Source: Smithellaceae bacterium
Lineage (GTDB): Bacteria > Desulfobacterota > Syntrophia > Syntrophales > Smithellaceae
Assembly (NCBI GenBank): GCA_963667845.2
Contig: CAXXVL010000002.1
Coordinates: forward strand, 3,232,001 to 3,296,000
DNA length: 64,000 nucleotides
Direction: 5' to 3'
Within the stretch, counting starts at the first letter, position 1. Each line of letters opens with the position of its first letter. The notes beneath the pieces are model-generated. The model saw only the letters and a program-made list of their open reading frames with translations. It had not been told where the DNA came from and made no database searches. This document shows, one piece after another, positions 53,052-63,041 of this stretch. The translations under genes and the position numbers were made by a program.

Positions 53052-53366
53052 TCATTGTTTTGAGTCTTCATTCCTTTGCCAGGTCCCCAGCCTGTAGTCA
53101 AAATCACCGACCGGTCTTACGAAAGTAAACTCGACCGGATCCGCCACGAGCCGCTGCCCTACTTTTTTGACACTGCCGGAGGGAAGGGAAACTGGCAGCG
53201 CGATGACGAATATCACCGAGCCGAGCACAATAGCCGCGAGTCCCAAGGGCCTGACAAGCAATACATCGGGGATGATATAGGCATCGGTTGGCTCGTTGGC
53301 CAGGGCCGGCGTCGCGCCCGCGATCAGGGCAAGCATTACCAGAAACGCAATCAATTTCTTTTTCAT
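53052..53366 (-). CDS. Small exported/membrane protein
   Basis: GGAGG RBS; MKKKLIAF signal; D.LLVRPLG...LP...LV..P..FTF.RP.G. Confidence 0.75.
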   Translation of the reverse strand: MKKKLIAFLVMLALIAGATPALANEPTDAYIIPDVLLVRPLGLAAIVLGSVIFVIALPVSLPSGSVKKVGQRLVADPVEFTFVRPVGDFDYRLGTWQRNEDSKQ

Positions 53367-53444
53367 GAAACACCTCCTTGCGATCACAACGGCCCGGCGG
53401 ACCGTAAGATATTGAAATGTGATCTGCACTGTTTTGATCTAAGA

Positions 53445-53927
53445 CTATTTCGCAAGCCGCACCGGGATTGCCCGGACCCCATATGTGTGGGACTGCAGGT
53501 ACGGAGACTGAGCACCATAAACGAAACTGAATTGCGTCGCATCCGGACCGCGCGTTTCAGAGGTCCACACAGCAAAGCACGTCATCGCGATTGACTCCGT
53601 CGCCACATGAATTTTGAATTCTCCCGCGCACTGCGCCGGAGAATTCCTTGCCGCATCATATAAGCTCGCCAGCTCCTCAGGCGTTGGCATCCGCCAGTCC
53701 CGATAGCCGCCGGCGTCATAATTCTCGCAATAGGATTTTGCATCCTTCCAACTGATATCGGTACCGTTGTCTTTTGCCGCCCACATCAATGTTGTCTTCG
53801 TATCCAGGACCGTTCCATTGACCTGATGGACGATAAAACGATCATCCTTTGCGTTCGCGAAGGTGATGGCTCCCATCAGGACAATAATGATGACGACAAC
53901 AGGAATTTGTCTTAATTCTCTTTTCAT
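53445..53927 (-). CDS. Exported DUF1566 (Lcl C-terminal-like) protein
   Basis: GTVLD.KT.LMW, W.DA..YC, GGY.DWRMPT.EEL..L. Confidence 0.88.
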   Translation of the reverse strand: MKRELRQIPVVVIIIVLMGAITFANAKDDRFIVHQVNGTVLDTKTTLMWAAKDNGTDISWKDAKSYCENYDAGGYRDWRMPTPEELASLYDAARNSPAQCAGEFKIHVATESIAMTCFAVWTSETRGPDATQFSFVYGAQSPYLQSHTYGVRAIPVRLAK

Positions 53928-53986
53928 ATTTCCATCCTCTTTTCACAATCTTGTCGATCGATAAAAATTTCCTTTTTTGTGAACAG

Positions 53987-54015
53987 AGTATAAGAAACTT
54001 GGACTTGCCTGTCAA
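53987..54015 (-). promoter_or_regulatory. sigma70 promoter for the DUF1566 gene
   Basis: TTGACA-17-TATACT. Confidence 0.7.
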
Positions 54016-54110
54016 GGAAATCACCGCTCCAATGGCACGGCACGGCCGAAAAGACAAATCGATATGGCCTGACGGTTGATCCCGGATTCCGGTCAAACCC
54101 GGCCGCGGTC

Positions 54111-54479
54111 TCAGTCTTTGTTCTGCGAAGCAGCGTCAGCCGTCTCAATAGATTTAGTGATGCGCAGTTTATGAACAACCAGCTCGTCGATCTCAAGCCG
54201 TCTGATTTTCACTCGTCCGACAAAAAGCCTGCCGACGGCAAGGGCACCAATCGACAGAACGCCGATTGCCACTGCGCCGACCGCCAGAGCACCGACAGCC
54301 AGAGTTCCCGTAGCCGCGGCTCCTGCCGATACGGCCCGGAGCCTTCGCGTATTCGCCTTTCGCCCTCGAGAATCCGATGTTAATTCGAGTTCCTCCGCTT
54401 CACGCTGTATCGGGTGGTGATCGGGATTTGTTTCCTTCGTATTTTCCATTGGCATATCGTTTACCTCCGCGTCCTTCAT
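54111..54479 (-). CDS. Small hypothetical protein with five-residue AxGAL-type repeats
   Basis: AVGALAVGAVAIGVLSIGALAVGRLFVGRVKIRRLEIDEL; start uncertain. Confidence 0.6.
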   Translation of the reverse strand: MKDAEVNDMPMENTKETNPDHHPIQREAEELELTSDSRGRKANTRRLRAVSAGAAATGTLAVGALAVGAVAIGVLSIGALAVGRLFVGRVKIRRLEIDELVVHKLRITKSIETADAASQNKD

Positions 54480-54562
54480 TGCTTATCCGTCAGGTAAAAT
54501 TTAAATACTGCAATCAAGAAAGTCAATGAATCGAGATGGGACTGATTCAGCTCAAGTTAACG

Positions 54563-54624
54563 AATCAACAACGTCGCAGCAAGCGACAGCGAATTAGCGC
54601 TCGTCCCGCGTGAGCGGGATTAAA
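54563..54624 (+). repeat. Modular palindromic repeat, copy 3
   Basis: AATCAACAACGTCGCAGCAAGCGACAGCGAATTAGCGCTCGTCCCGCGTGAGCGGGATTAAA. Confidence 0.85.
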
Positions 54625-54853
54625 GCCGCTTTTGCGGTTTCACTGACCTTCCGGATGTTCTGATCAACACACGAGGTTCCGCAAACGGCGGTCATCTTCG
54701 ATCCCCATGACGGCCCGTTGCAGAACCCGCCTTTTTTGATGGTTTTTCCTTGACTTCGCCGGCAGGATTCTGTTAATTTTTTTTCCAACTTGTCTTACCG
54801 GGAGATACTGGGTCATCTAATTAATTCAATACAGTCTGCAAGGAGAGTTCGCT

Positions 54854-55708
54854 ATGGAAATTAAGAAGGTTTGTGTTTTGGGCGCCGGCTTAATGGGCAG
54901 CGGTATTGCGCAGATATGCGCACAGGCGGGTTACGATGTTGCCGTACGCGATATCGAACAAAAATTCGTAGACGGTGGAATGAACACGATCAAAAAGAAT
55001 TTGGGCCGTGATGTTGAAAAGGGAAAGATGACCTCGGATCATATGAACGCCATCCTCGCCCGCATCAAGCCGACTCTGGATTTGAAAGAAGCTGCGACCG
55101 GCGCGGACATCGTTGTGGAAGTGGTGATTGAAGTCATGGACGTTAAGAAGAAGGTGTATGCCGAACTCGAAGCAATCGTCCCCAAACACTGCCTGTTTTT
55201 TACGAATACGTCGGGGCTCAGCATCACGGAAATGGCGGCCGTGACCGGGAGGCCGGACCGCTTCATCGGCACTCATTTTTTCAATCCGGTGCCGGTCATG
55301 CGCCTTCTGGAAATCATCCGCGGTCACCAGACCTCCGATGAAACACTGGAGACAGCCCGAGAATGGGGCCGGAAAATCGGCAAAGAAGTCATCATCGTCA
55401 AAGAGGCCCCGGCCTTTGTCGTCAACAGAATTCTCTGCACCATGCTCAACGAAGCCTTCTTTGTTTTGGACGAAGGCCTGGCGTCGGCCGAGGATATCGA
55501 CAAGGGCATGGTTCTGGGCTGCAATCATCCGATCGGCCCGCTGGCGCTCGCGGATCTCGTGGGCAATGAAACCTTGCTGCGCGTGGTCGAGGGACTGCAC
55601 AGGGAATTGGGCGATAAATACCGGCCCGCACCTATTTTAAGAAAGCTCGTCCGGGCCGGGAATTACGGACGCAAGTCCGGCAAAGGGGTCTACGATTACA
55701 CAAAATAA
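54854..55708 (+). CDS. hbd: 3-hydroxybutyryl/3-hydroxyacyl-CoA dehydrogenase
   Basis: [33 protein letters not shown]. Confidence 0.92.
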   Translation: MEIKKVCVLGAGLMGSGIAQICAQAGYDVAVRDIEQKFVDGGMNTIKKNLGRDVEKGKMTSDHMNAILARIKPTLDLKEAATGADIVVEVVIEVMDVKKKVYAELEAIVPKHCLFFTNTSGLSITEMAAVTGRPDRFIGTHFFNPVPVMRLLEIIRGHQTSDETLETAREWGRKIGKEVIIVKEAPAFVVNRILCTMLNEAFFVLDEGLASAEDIDKGMVLGCNHPIGPLALADLVGNETLLRVVEGLHRELGDKYRPAPILRKLVRAGNYGRKSGKGVYDYTK

Positions 55709-55782
55709 GATATCTTCCGACACAAATAATTCCAGGGATGCCGTCACGGCAATCTGACGCTTACTGAAAAGGAGAAATAATC

Positions 55783-56925
55783 ATGGATTTTGAACTGACC
55801 GAAGAAATGAAGATGTTAAAAGAAATGGCTTATAAGTTTGCTGTGGCGGAAGTCGGCCCGGTTTCCCAGGAATGTGATGAACATGAAAAATATACGCCGG
55901 AAATCCGAAAGAAAGCCGGACAGAATGGCCTGGTCGGTGCCTGGATTCCGGAAGCGTATGGCGGATCCGGCGCCGGAATCCTGGGCAATACCATCATTAC
56001 CGAAGAAATATCCAAGGTTGATATGGGGATCGGCCTCAACGTTGTCGCCTCGGGTTTCGGCTGCGAATCCATTCTTAACTACGGATCGGAAGAACAGAAG
56101 CAAGCGTATCTGCCTCCGATCTGTGAAGGCGTGAAAGTCAGCGCCGGCGCCTACACCGAGCCCAATGCCGGAACCGATGTCTCCGGTTATAAAACGCGCG
56201 CGGTCAAAGACGGCAAACACTACATTATTAATGGTAGTAAAATGTTCATCACCAACGGCACGGTTTGTGATTTCATGGTCGCGCAGTGCATCACCAATCC
56301 GGAGGAGAAGAAACACAACAGTTTCAGTCTGATTATCATTCCGGCCGATGCCCCGGGTGTAACGCGCAATAAGATTCACGGGAAAATGGGCATCCGGGCG
56401 AGCGACACCGCGGAAATCGCGCTTGCGGATGTGCGCGTTCCTCAATCCAATCTGGTGGGGAAAGAAGGACACGGCTTTCGCCAGCTCATGCACTTTTTCG
56501 ATATCACCCGCGTGATGGTTTCCGGCCAGGCATTGGGCCTTTCGGAGGCCTGCCTAGAGACCAGCATTAAATACGTAAAAGAAAGATCGGCCTTCGGCGC
56601 CCCGCTCGGTTCCTTCCAGATGTCTCAAATGAAACTCACCGAAATGGCGATCCGCATCGAAGCGCTGCGCGGGCTGGTTTACAAATCGGCGTGGCTGATC
56701 GATCAGGGGAAACCGGACTATACGCTGGCCGCCATGGCCAAATTCTACGGCGGACAGACCGCGGTCTTCTGTGCCAATTACGCCGTCGAGCTGCACGGCG
56801 GCTACGGCTATATCGAGGAATATCCGGTGCAGAAATGGTATCGGGACGCAAAAATTCTGGAGCTGTATGAAGGAACCAAAGAAGCCGAAATCATGACGAT
56901 CGGCCGGGCGCTGCAGGCAAGATAA
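55783..56925 (+). CDS. Acyl-CoA dehydrogenase
   Basis: TEPNAGTD, NGSKMFITNG, KMGIR.S, HGGYGY, YEGT.E. Confidence 0.95.
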   Translation: MDFELTEEMKMLKEMAYKFAVAEVGPVSQECDEHEKYTPEIRKKAGQNGLVGAWIPEAYGGSGAGILGNTIITEEISKVDMGIGLNVVASGFGCESILNYGSEEQKQAYLPPICEGVKVSAGAYTEPNAGTDVSGYKTRAVKDGKHYIINGSKMFITNGTVCDFMVAQCITNPEEKKHNSFSLIIIPADAPGVTRNKIHGKMGIRASDTAEIALADVRVPQSNLVGKEGHGFRQLMHFFDITRVMVSGQALGLSEACLETSIKYVKERSAFGAPLGSFQMSQMKLTEMAIRIEALRGLVYKSAWLIDQGKPDYTLAAMAKFYGGQTAVFCANYAVELHGGYGYIEEYPVQKWYRDAKILELYEGTKEAEIMTIGRALQAR

Positions 56926-56982
56926 CGTGGACCGATAGGAAAAACTGTCTGTGGTCCGCGGCGTAAATCCTATTTTATGGAT

Positions 56983-57852
56983 TTACGCCTTTCGGGCAAT
57001 GATGACCTGGGTCTTCGGCAAAACCTGATCGAAGGACTCCATTAATTTTTCAGAGCCTTCCAATTCCATCAGTTGAGCCCAGGTATTGGACCAGCTCTGC
57101 AAAACGCGGTGATAGGGAGGCTTGATGCTGTCCAGAACGGCGCCGTTTACGCCCTCGTTGCGCTTTACGATCCAGAACAGTGACATGAAGACCGTCCAGA
57201 AGAAGCCCCAGGTATCATAGCGTTCGACGTTCAGTCCTGAGGCTTCCACCAGGCTAACAAAACTTTCCCGATCAAAAATCTGAATATGGTTCGGCTCCGA
57301 GAAGTAGCCCCGTTGTGCAACCGGCTTTTGCAGCACTTCCGACCGGGCATCAGGCACGGTGATCAGATACTTGGCGCCCGGCTTGCCCACTCTCACAAGT
57401 TCTCTCAGAATCTTTTCCGGGTTTGACGTATGTTCGAGCATCTCAGTGGACATGATCTTCGTCGCATATTCATCCGGCAGCGGCAGCGGCATGGAGTCAC
57501 TCACGAAGCCTTCAACTTTTCTTGCCGGAGATTCACTGGCCATTTGGATGAGCGCCGCAACCTTTGCCGGATCGACATCCGAAAAAACGACATGGGCGCC
57601 TTGTCTTGCGCAAAACAATACGGCGTTTCCCTCCCCGCATCCGACATCCAAAACAACATCGTCCCCGGTGACCTGAAAGCCGGCGAACAGTTCCCCTGTT
57701 TCCACCCGGTACCACCCGCGCCGGACAGCGTCCAAAAGCCCGCAAATGCGGGGATCGACATCTCCTTTTGCTGATGCGGCGGGTCCGTTTCTTTTCTTCG
57801 GAGTTGCTTTTCCTGTCGATCCGGACGACGTCCGCTTGCTTTTTTCCGGCAT
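56983..57852 (-). CDS. Class I SAM-dependent methyltransferase
   Basis: LDVGCGEG, PLPLPD, EMLEH, PNHIQIF; start uncertain. Confidence 0.85.
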   Translation of the reverse strand: MPEKSKRTSSGSTGKATPKKRNGPAASAKGDVDPRICGLLDAVRRGWYRVETGELFAGFQVTGDDVVLDVGCGEGNAVLFCARQGAHVVFSDVDPAKVAALIQMASESPARKVEGFVSDSMPLPLPDEYATKIMSTEMLEHTSNPEKILRELVRVGKPGAKYLITVPDARSEVLQKPVAQRGYFSEPNHIQIFDRESFVSLVEASGLNVERYDTWGFFWTVFMSLFWIVKRNEGVNGAVLDSIKPPYHRVLQSWSNTWAQLMELEGSEKLMESFDQVLPKTQVIIARKA

Positions 57853-57993
57853 ATTCGGATTTCCAAATTCTATTCTTTGATGGTCTCTAATAAAGGTTTG
57901 ACGGCCAAACGCAGGTGATCGTCAGGCTGACTGCTCTCATAGAGCAGAGCTTCCCGGCAGGTCGAACAATAAACGTATCAGCCCCGTCAGCGA

Positions 57994-59133
57994 TTAGTCT
58001 TTGATCACTTCCCTGGCAATGACGATCCGCTGGATTTCCGAGGTGCCTTCGTAGATGGTCGTGGCGCGCGCGTCGCGGAATAAACGCTCGACCTTGTACT
58101 CCTTTGTATAACCATAGCCCCCGTGAACCTGGAGGGCCATGTAAGCGCTCGCATTGGCGGTTTCTGAGGCGAACAGCTTGGCCATCGAGGCTTCCCGCGT
58201 GAACTTCAATCCCCGGTCTTTGCGGTCCGCCGCAGCCAGGGTCAGCCAGGAAGCGGCTTCGATCTTGGTCGCGGCGTCTGCGATCATGAACCGGATGGCT
58301 TCGAACGAACTGATGGGTTTTCCGAACTGGCGTCTCTGCTTCGTATAGGAAACGGCCTCGTCAAGACAGGCCCTGGCTATTCCTACGGCCTGCGACGCGA
58401 TACCGATCCTTCCGCTGTCCAGTGCCAGCATGGCTACCTTGAATCCTTCGCCGGGATTTCCGAGCAGGTTGCGCGCAGGAATTTCACAATCTTCAAAAAC
58501 CAGCTCCACAGTATTGGACGCGCGGAGTCCCAGCTTTTCTTCCTTTGACCCGATGCTGAAGCCGGGCGTGCCCTTTTCTATTATAAATGCGGAAAGCCCC
58601 TTGGTCCCCTTCTCCTGGCCGGTCCTCGCAATCAGGTTAATGATGTCGGCATACTGTCCGTGCGTGATAAAGACCTTGGTCCCGTTAATGATATACTTGT
58701 CTTTTTTGAGAATCGCCGTAGTGGTCATCGAACCCGGATCAGAGCCCGCGCCCGGTTCGGTGAGCGCAAACGCGCCCAGCAGAGACCCTTCGGCGAGTCC
58801 CGTGAGCCATTTTTCTTTCTGTTCCTTATTGCCGAATTTAAGGAGCGGTTCACTGGAGAGATTGGCCACCGACATGGTGACGGCCGTCGATGCACAGGCG
58901 TATGCGATCTCCTGCAAGGCCAGCGAATAGGCGACGGTTCCCGCACCCGATCCTCCCAAAGACTGCGGCACCATCATGCCCAGCAGACCGAGCTCACCCA
59001 TTTTCTTTACAGCCTTCATCGGGAAAACGCCTTGTTTGTCCCATTCGGCTGCCATGGGTTCCAGTTCCTTTTTAGCAAAATCTCCGGCCATGAGCCGGAT
59101 CATTTCTTGTTCACTTGTGATTTCAAATGCCAT
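57994..59133 (-). CDS. Acyl-CoA dehydrogenase (butyryl-CoA/short-chain type)
   Basis: FALTEPGAGSD, KLGLRAS, GRIGIASQ, RQFGK, IYEGTSEIQR. Confidence 0.95.
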   Translation of the reverse strand: MAFEITSEQEMIRLMAGDFAKKELEPMAAEWDKQGVFPMKAVKKMGELGLLGMMVPQSLGGSGAGTVAYSLALQEIAYACASTAVTMSVANLSSEPLLKFGNKEQKEKWLTGLAEGSLLGAFALTEPGAGSDPGSMTTTAILKKDKYIINGTKVFITHGQYADIINLIARTGQEKGTKGLSAFIIEKGTPGFSIGSKEEKLGLRASNTVELVFEDCEIPARNLLGNPGEGFKVAMLALDSGRIGIASQAVGIARACLDEAVSYTKQRRQFGKPISSFEAIRFMIADAATKIEAASWLTLAAADRKDRGLKFTREASMAKLFASETANASAYMALQVHGGYGYTKEYKVERLFRDARATTIYEGTSEIQRIVIAREVIKD

Positions 59134-59144
59134 AACCGTCACTC

Positions 59145-59693
59145 TCAAGGAATGTATAGAACGACCAGCAGTTCCGTCTTTTCGTCGCCAGGATTGCTCA
59201 ATTCGTGATGCAGCGCCGAATTAAAATGGATAGACTTGCCGCGCCCCAGAAGGCTTTTGTTTTTTCCCACCAGAATTGAGAGCTTTCCTTCCAGCACGTA
59301 GATGAATTCTTCACCTTCGTGATGGTAGGCAACGCCCTGGTGCGCCGTGTTCGGTTCGATCGTAACACGATAAGCGCCAAGGTGCTTGTCCGAGCCGGAT
59401 TTTGTAAGCTGTGCGTAAGCGTATGACCCGGCACGGATCTTCTGGCTTTTCATTCGTGATGACGCCTTTTTGCTTTCGGCGGCTCCGAGGACTCCAACGT
59501 CAACCTTCAGCGTGCGACTCAACTGCAGGACGAGAGCCACAGGGGGCGTGGCAGCATCTTTTTCAACTCTTGCCAGCAGGTCGACAGGATATCCGGTTTC
59601 ATGAGCCAGTTCCTCGATGCTCAATTTTCTGTCTTCCCGATACGCTCTGACACTCTCACCGAATGACTTCTTTTTATCGTTTGCTTTTGCCAT
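59145..59693 (-). CDS. XRE-family HTH + cupin transcriptional regulator
   Basis: N-terminal HTH; HHEGEEFIYVLEG...G.SI.F.S...H. Confidence 0.9.
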   Translation of the reverse strand: MAKANDKKKSFGESVRAYREDRKLSIEELAHETGYPVDLLARVEKDAATPPVALVLQLSRTLKVDVGVLGAAESKKASSRMKSQKIRAGSYAYAQLTKSGSDKHLGAYRVTIEPNTAHQGVAYHHEGEEFIYVLEGKLSILVGKNKSLLGRGKSIHFNSALHHELSNPGDEKTELLVVLYIP

Positions 59694-60169
59694 AGTCCGT
59701 TTCCCAAAAATGATATCGACTTTATTTTGTCTGCAGACTCTTTTTACCCGTCTTTGATTCTAGCCATATATTTTACGGATAGCGAACATTTTTTTGCTAT
59801 CGGATCATTTTTTTTACATGACGATAGATGAGACTCTCTTTAGATTCCTCTTCCCTGATGCCCGCATACTGCCCCATCTGGCCAAAGACACAGACGACAT
59901 ATCCGGGAAAAATCTTAACAAGGTAAACCTTTTACACCGGAAAGGGCTTGCTGCCCCCGCCCTGATTTCTCCGGGCGAGTGTACAAGAAAGGCTTGGAGC
60001 CGGTGGGTCCTGGGATAGTCTGTCCAACGCTTCTTTACATATCTTGGCTGTGTCGGATGACCATGAATTAACGTGAAGCCCCATAGACCACCACTGAAGG
60101 GTGGCTAGAATTCCTTGCGCTAACATCTGCGTTTCTGAATCTATATAAAGAAATTTACGACGCACTACA

Positions 60170-61372
60170 CTAGACGACGCCGTCGCGGCGCAATTTTTCG
60201 AGATCTGCAGGTGTCAGCCCCAGCAAGTCCTGATAGACTTCTGCGTTATGCTGACCGAGGAGCGGAGAGGGTTTGTATTCATAATCGCTTTTTGACAATC
60301 GGATCGGACAACCGGCCATTTTGAATTTGCCCCGCTCAGGATGTTCAAACTCCACAATGGTCCCCCGCTGATTGAAATGCGGATCATTTAAAACTTCCTT
60401 CGTATCCAGCACCGGCGCGGCAGGAATCCCCAGATCGGCCAGAGTCCGGAAGACCTCCATCTTGTCCTTCGTCCGGGTCCAGACCTCGATGGCTTCTTTG
60501 ATTTCATTATACCGCTCGATGCGCAGCTGGATGTCGTTTTTCAGCTCTTCTGTTGCCAGGTCCTTCCGCCCGATCGCGGTCATGGCCATTTCGTATTGCT
60601 TTCCTGTAAGCATGTTGACGTAAGCATAGTCGTTGGGACCATCCCCTTTGCATTTCACGACTTCCACAAAATCACGACGGGGCGCCGGCTCTCCGTCGTC
60701 CAGCGGATGCAAAGCGGTCGGCACCCGGTTGAAATTAATAACGGCATCCGCCATGGATTGCTCCACAACTTGTCCTTCGCCGGTTTTCAGCCTCTGAATG
60801 TAGGCGGACAGAATACCGATGGCGAGGTGCATGCCTGCTCCGGTATCACCGATGTTCGGCCCGGGATTCAAAGGAGGCGTATCGGCCGTTCCCGTATTGC
60901 TGAACGCCCCGCCGACGGCCTTGGCAATCGCGTCCATGGACAGATAATTGCTGTAAGGGCCCCCTTTGCCAAAACCCACATTCTCTGCGTAAATGATCTT
61001 CGGATTGATTTTGGAAAGGACATCGTAGCCGATCCCTATTCGCTCCATCACGCCAGGTGCAAAGTTGCTGACAACAACATCGGCCTTTTTCACCATCTCT
61101 TTGAACATTTTTACGCCTTCGGGGTGCTTGAGGTTCAGCGTGATGCCGCGCTTGTTGGCGTTGAGCGATAGATAATACCACGAGTCAAGCCCCTTCCGGG
61201 CATCTTCGCTATTGATCATAAAAGTCCGGCCGACCTCTCCGGTCACGGGCGGCTCGATCTTAATCACATCGGCACCGAGAAAGGCCAGTTGTTCGGTGCA
61301 GGACGGTCCGGCTTCCCATTGTGACAAATCAAGTATTTTCAATCCTTCAAGAGCCTTCGGCATGTTCATCAC
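60170..61372 (-). CDS. Family III CoA-transferase (CaiB/Frc/BbsF-like)
   Basis: AGP, LGADVIKIE, NANKRGITLNLK, GDTGAG catalytic Asp, PLLGQH. Confidence 0.93.
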   Translation of the reverse strand: MMNMPKALEGLKILDLSQWEAGPSCTEQLAFLGADVIKIEPPVTGEVGRTFMINSEDARKGLDSWYYLSLNANKRGITLNLKHPEGVKMFKEMVKKADVVVSNFAPGVMERIGIGYDVLSKINPKIIYAENVGFGKGGPYSNYLSMDAIAKAVGGAFSNTGTADTPPLNPGPNIGDTGAGMHLAIGILSAYIQRLKTGEGQVVEQSMADAVINFNRVPTALHPLDDGEPAPRRDFVEVVKCKGDGPNDYAYVNMLTGKQYEMAMTAIGRKDLATEELKNDIQLRIERYNEIKEAIEVWTRTKDKMEVFRTLADLGIPAAPVLDTKEVLNDPHFNQRGTIVEFEHPERGKFKMAGCPIRLSKSDYEYKPSPLLGQHNAEVYQDLLGLTPADLEKLRRDGVV

Positions 61373-61393
61373 CCTCTTTTATACGTCGTCATT

Positions 61394-61435
61394 AAAGAAA
61401 CCCGATGCGCGAAGATTTGCCGCCGCGCACCGGGT
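61394..61435 (-). terminator. Probable intrinsic terminator after the solute-binding protein gene
   Basis: ACCCGGTGCGCG...CGCGCATCGGGT followed by TTCTTT. Confidence 0.6.
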
Positions 61436-61448
61436 CCGGTCTTTGCTT

Positions 61449-62942
61449 TTATTCACCCCAGCCGTTTTTGCCCTTGCATCGATCCAGCTTCGGATCCATC
61501 CACGGGAGAACCTTTTCGGCGGGAAGCCTGATGATCGTACCAACATACGAGGCTTCCTTAAACCAGTAATACGGCGGAATCGTAAAAGACGCCTTCTGCT
61601 GCTCCGGAGGTGCGTATAACTCGGCGGAGAGATCCTGGATCGCCTTGTGATCGCAGGCCCGCATCTTGGTAACCTTGCCGTTGGCCTGTCGATAGGTATC
61701 GCCTTCCCAGAGCTCGACTATTTTATCAGCATTCGTGGTTTTTGCCCGTTCCATGATGCTCAGCAACCAATACGTCTGCATCACCCAGGACCCTCCGACA
61801 CCTGCCATCGAGTGCTCAAAGGAGTGGCTGTTGTAAGGAGGAGACTTGAATTTTTCCCACTGTGCACGATAGGTCGTATACAGTTTCGTGTATCCCGGAG
61901 CAGCGTCAAAGGGCACCGGAGAATGATACGGGCCGACATGAACCCAACCTGCTCCGCCATTACGGCCCAGTTCGTGTTGCATATTGGCCTCCGTCATCCA
62001 GATATTCGCAAAAGGCAGCGTGATTCCGCTCTGCTGAGCCTGTTTGGCGAGATTGGCCGCATCGGGTACCCAGTCTCCGGTAAAGATCACTTCGGCACCG
62101 GAAGCCTTGATCTTTGACAGATAAGGGGCAAAATCCGTCAGAAAGAGTTTATGATAATCCTCGCCGACGATCTGCGCTTCGGGAAAATATTCCTTCAGAC
62201 CATTCTTGAACCCTTCTGCAAAGATATGACCGAATCCATAGTCCTGGCAAAGGATATAAAATTTCTTTTCTTTCTTTTTGATCTGTCCGTAGTAGTAGGC
62301 AAGGCCTCGGGCAACCTGATCGGCGGAGAAAGACCCCTGGAAGGAGTAGCGTCCGAAATTCTCCGCATTCTGAATATCATCGGAAGTGTTGCTGGCGTTC
62401 AAGGCAATGACATTGTGCTTGTTGGCCACTTCATTGATGACCTTCATGATGTGGCTGCCGTCGCATCCCCAAAGCACATTGACTTTTTCCTGGAGGACCA
62501 TCCGCTCGGCGACTTTCTTGGCTTGGTCTACTTTTCCCATCGTATCGGCCTGGATCACCTGGATCAGTTTCTTTTTGCCGTCCACCCAGATGCCGCCGCG
62601 TTTGTTAATATCGTGGGCAACCCAGCTAACTGTGCCCCAGTAGAATTGCCCGTTAATCGCAGACGGCCCGGAAAAGGAGGCAACAATCGCAATTTTGATC
62701 GTATCTCCCGTCGGGCTCACCCAGGTCGCCGGATCATAGCCGGTCATGTCGCCCATCTTGCTGGCATCGAAAGCCGCATTGGCTTTGCCCAGTTTATCCG
62801 ACGGATCCACTTTGGCTTCTTTGGTTGCCTTCTTCGCCTTGGCGGCCATTGCGGTTGACGGGCCGGATACCGTCAGAGACAAAACTGCAAAAATAAGCAT
62901 CAACACAAAAATACTTTTGCTCATCCACTTCATCTTAAACAT
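61449..62942 (-). CDS. ABC solute-binding protein, branched-chain amino acid/organic acid (LivK-like) family
   Basis: Signal peptide; SFSGP, IN.RGG, QDYGFG, DFAPY..KI..SGA, MRACDH. Confidence 0.88.
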   Translation of the reverse strand: MFKMKWMSKSIFVLMLIFAVLSLTVSGPSTAMAAKAKKATKEAKVDPSDKLGKANAAFDASKMGDMTGYDPATWVSPTGDTIKIAIVASFSGPSAINGQFYWGTVSWVAHDINKRGGIWVDGKKKLIQVIQADTMGKVDQAKKVAERMVLQEKVNVLWGCDGSHIMKVINEVANKHNVIALNASNTSDDIQNAENFGRYSFQGSFSADQVARGLAYYYGQIKKKEKKFYILCQDYGFGHIFAEGFKNGLKEYFPEAQIVGEDYHKLFLTDFAPYLSKIKASGAEVIFTGDWVPDAANLAKQAQQSGITLPFANIWMTEANMQHELGRNGGAGWVHVGPYHSPVPFDAAPGYTKLYTTYRAQWEKFKSPPYNSHSFEHSMAGVGGSWVMQTYWLLSIMERAKTTNADKIVELWEGDTYRQANGKVTKMRACDHKAIQDLSAELYAPPEQQKASFTIPPYYWFKEASYVGTIIRLPAEKVLPWMDPKLDRCKGKNGWGE

Positions 62943-62969
62943 CCTCCTCCTCGTTTGTTTTAATTTCCT

Positions 62970-63003
62970 TACAACTTACTACGCACTACAACTTACTACA
63001 CAC
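62970..63003. repeat. Tandem 17-bp direct repeat upstream of the SBP ribosome-binding site
   Basis: TACAACTTACTACGCAC TACAACTTACTACACAC. Confidence 0.7.
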
Positions 63004-63041
63004 TCTTGCGCTTTTGTGCCATTAATCTATCGCAACCAGCG

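Noticed and set aside
53416..53437. AAATGTGATCT as a CRP site
   Set aside because: Only the left half matches; the right half lacks TCACA
54033..54048. TGGCACG as a sigma54 promoter
   Set aside because: No GC at the -12 position
48095..54624. Repeats as a CRISPR array or integron attC sites
   Set aside because: Copies are dispersed and in mixed orientation, with no regular spacers, cas genes, integron integrase or RYYYAAC/GTTRRRY ends
59932..60165. 77-aa ORF after the CoA-transferase
   Set aside because: No RBS or motif evident; cannot be supported, though not excluded
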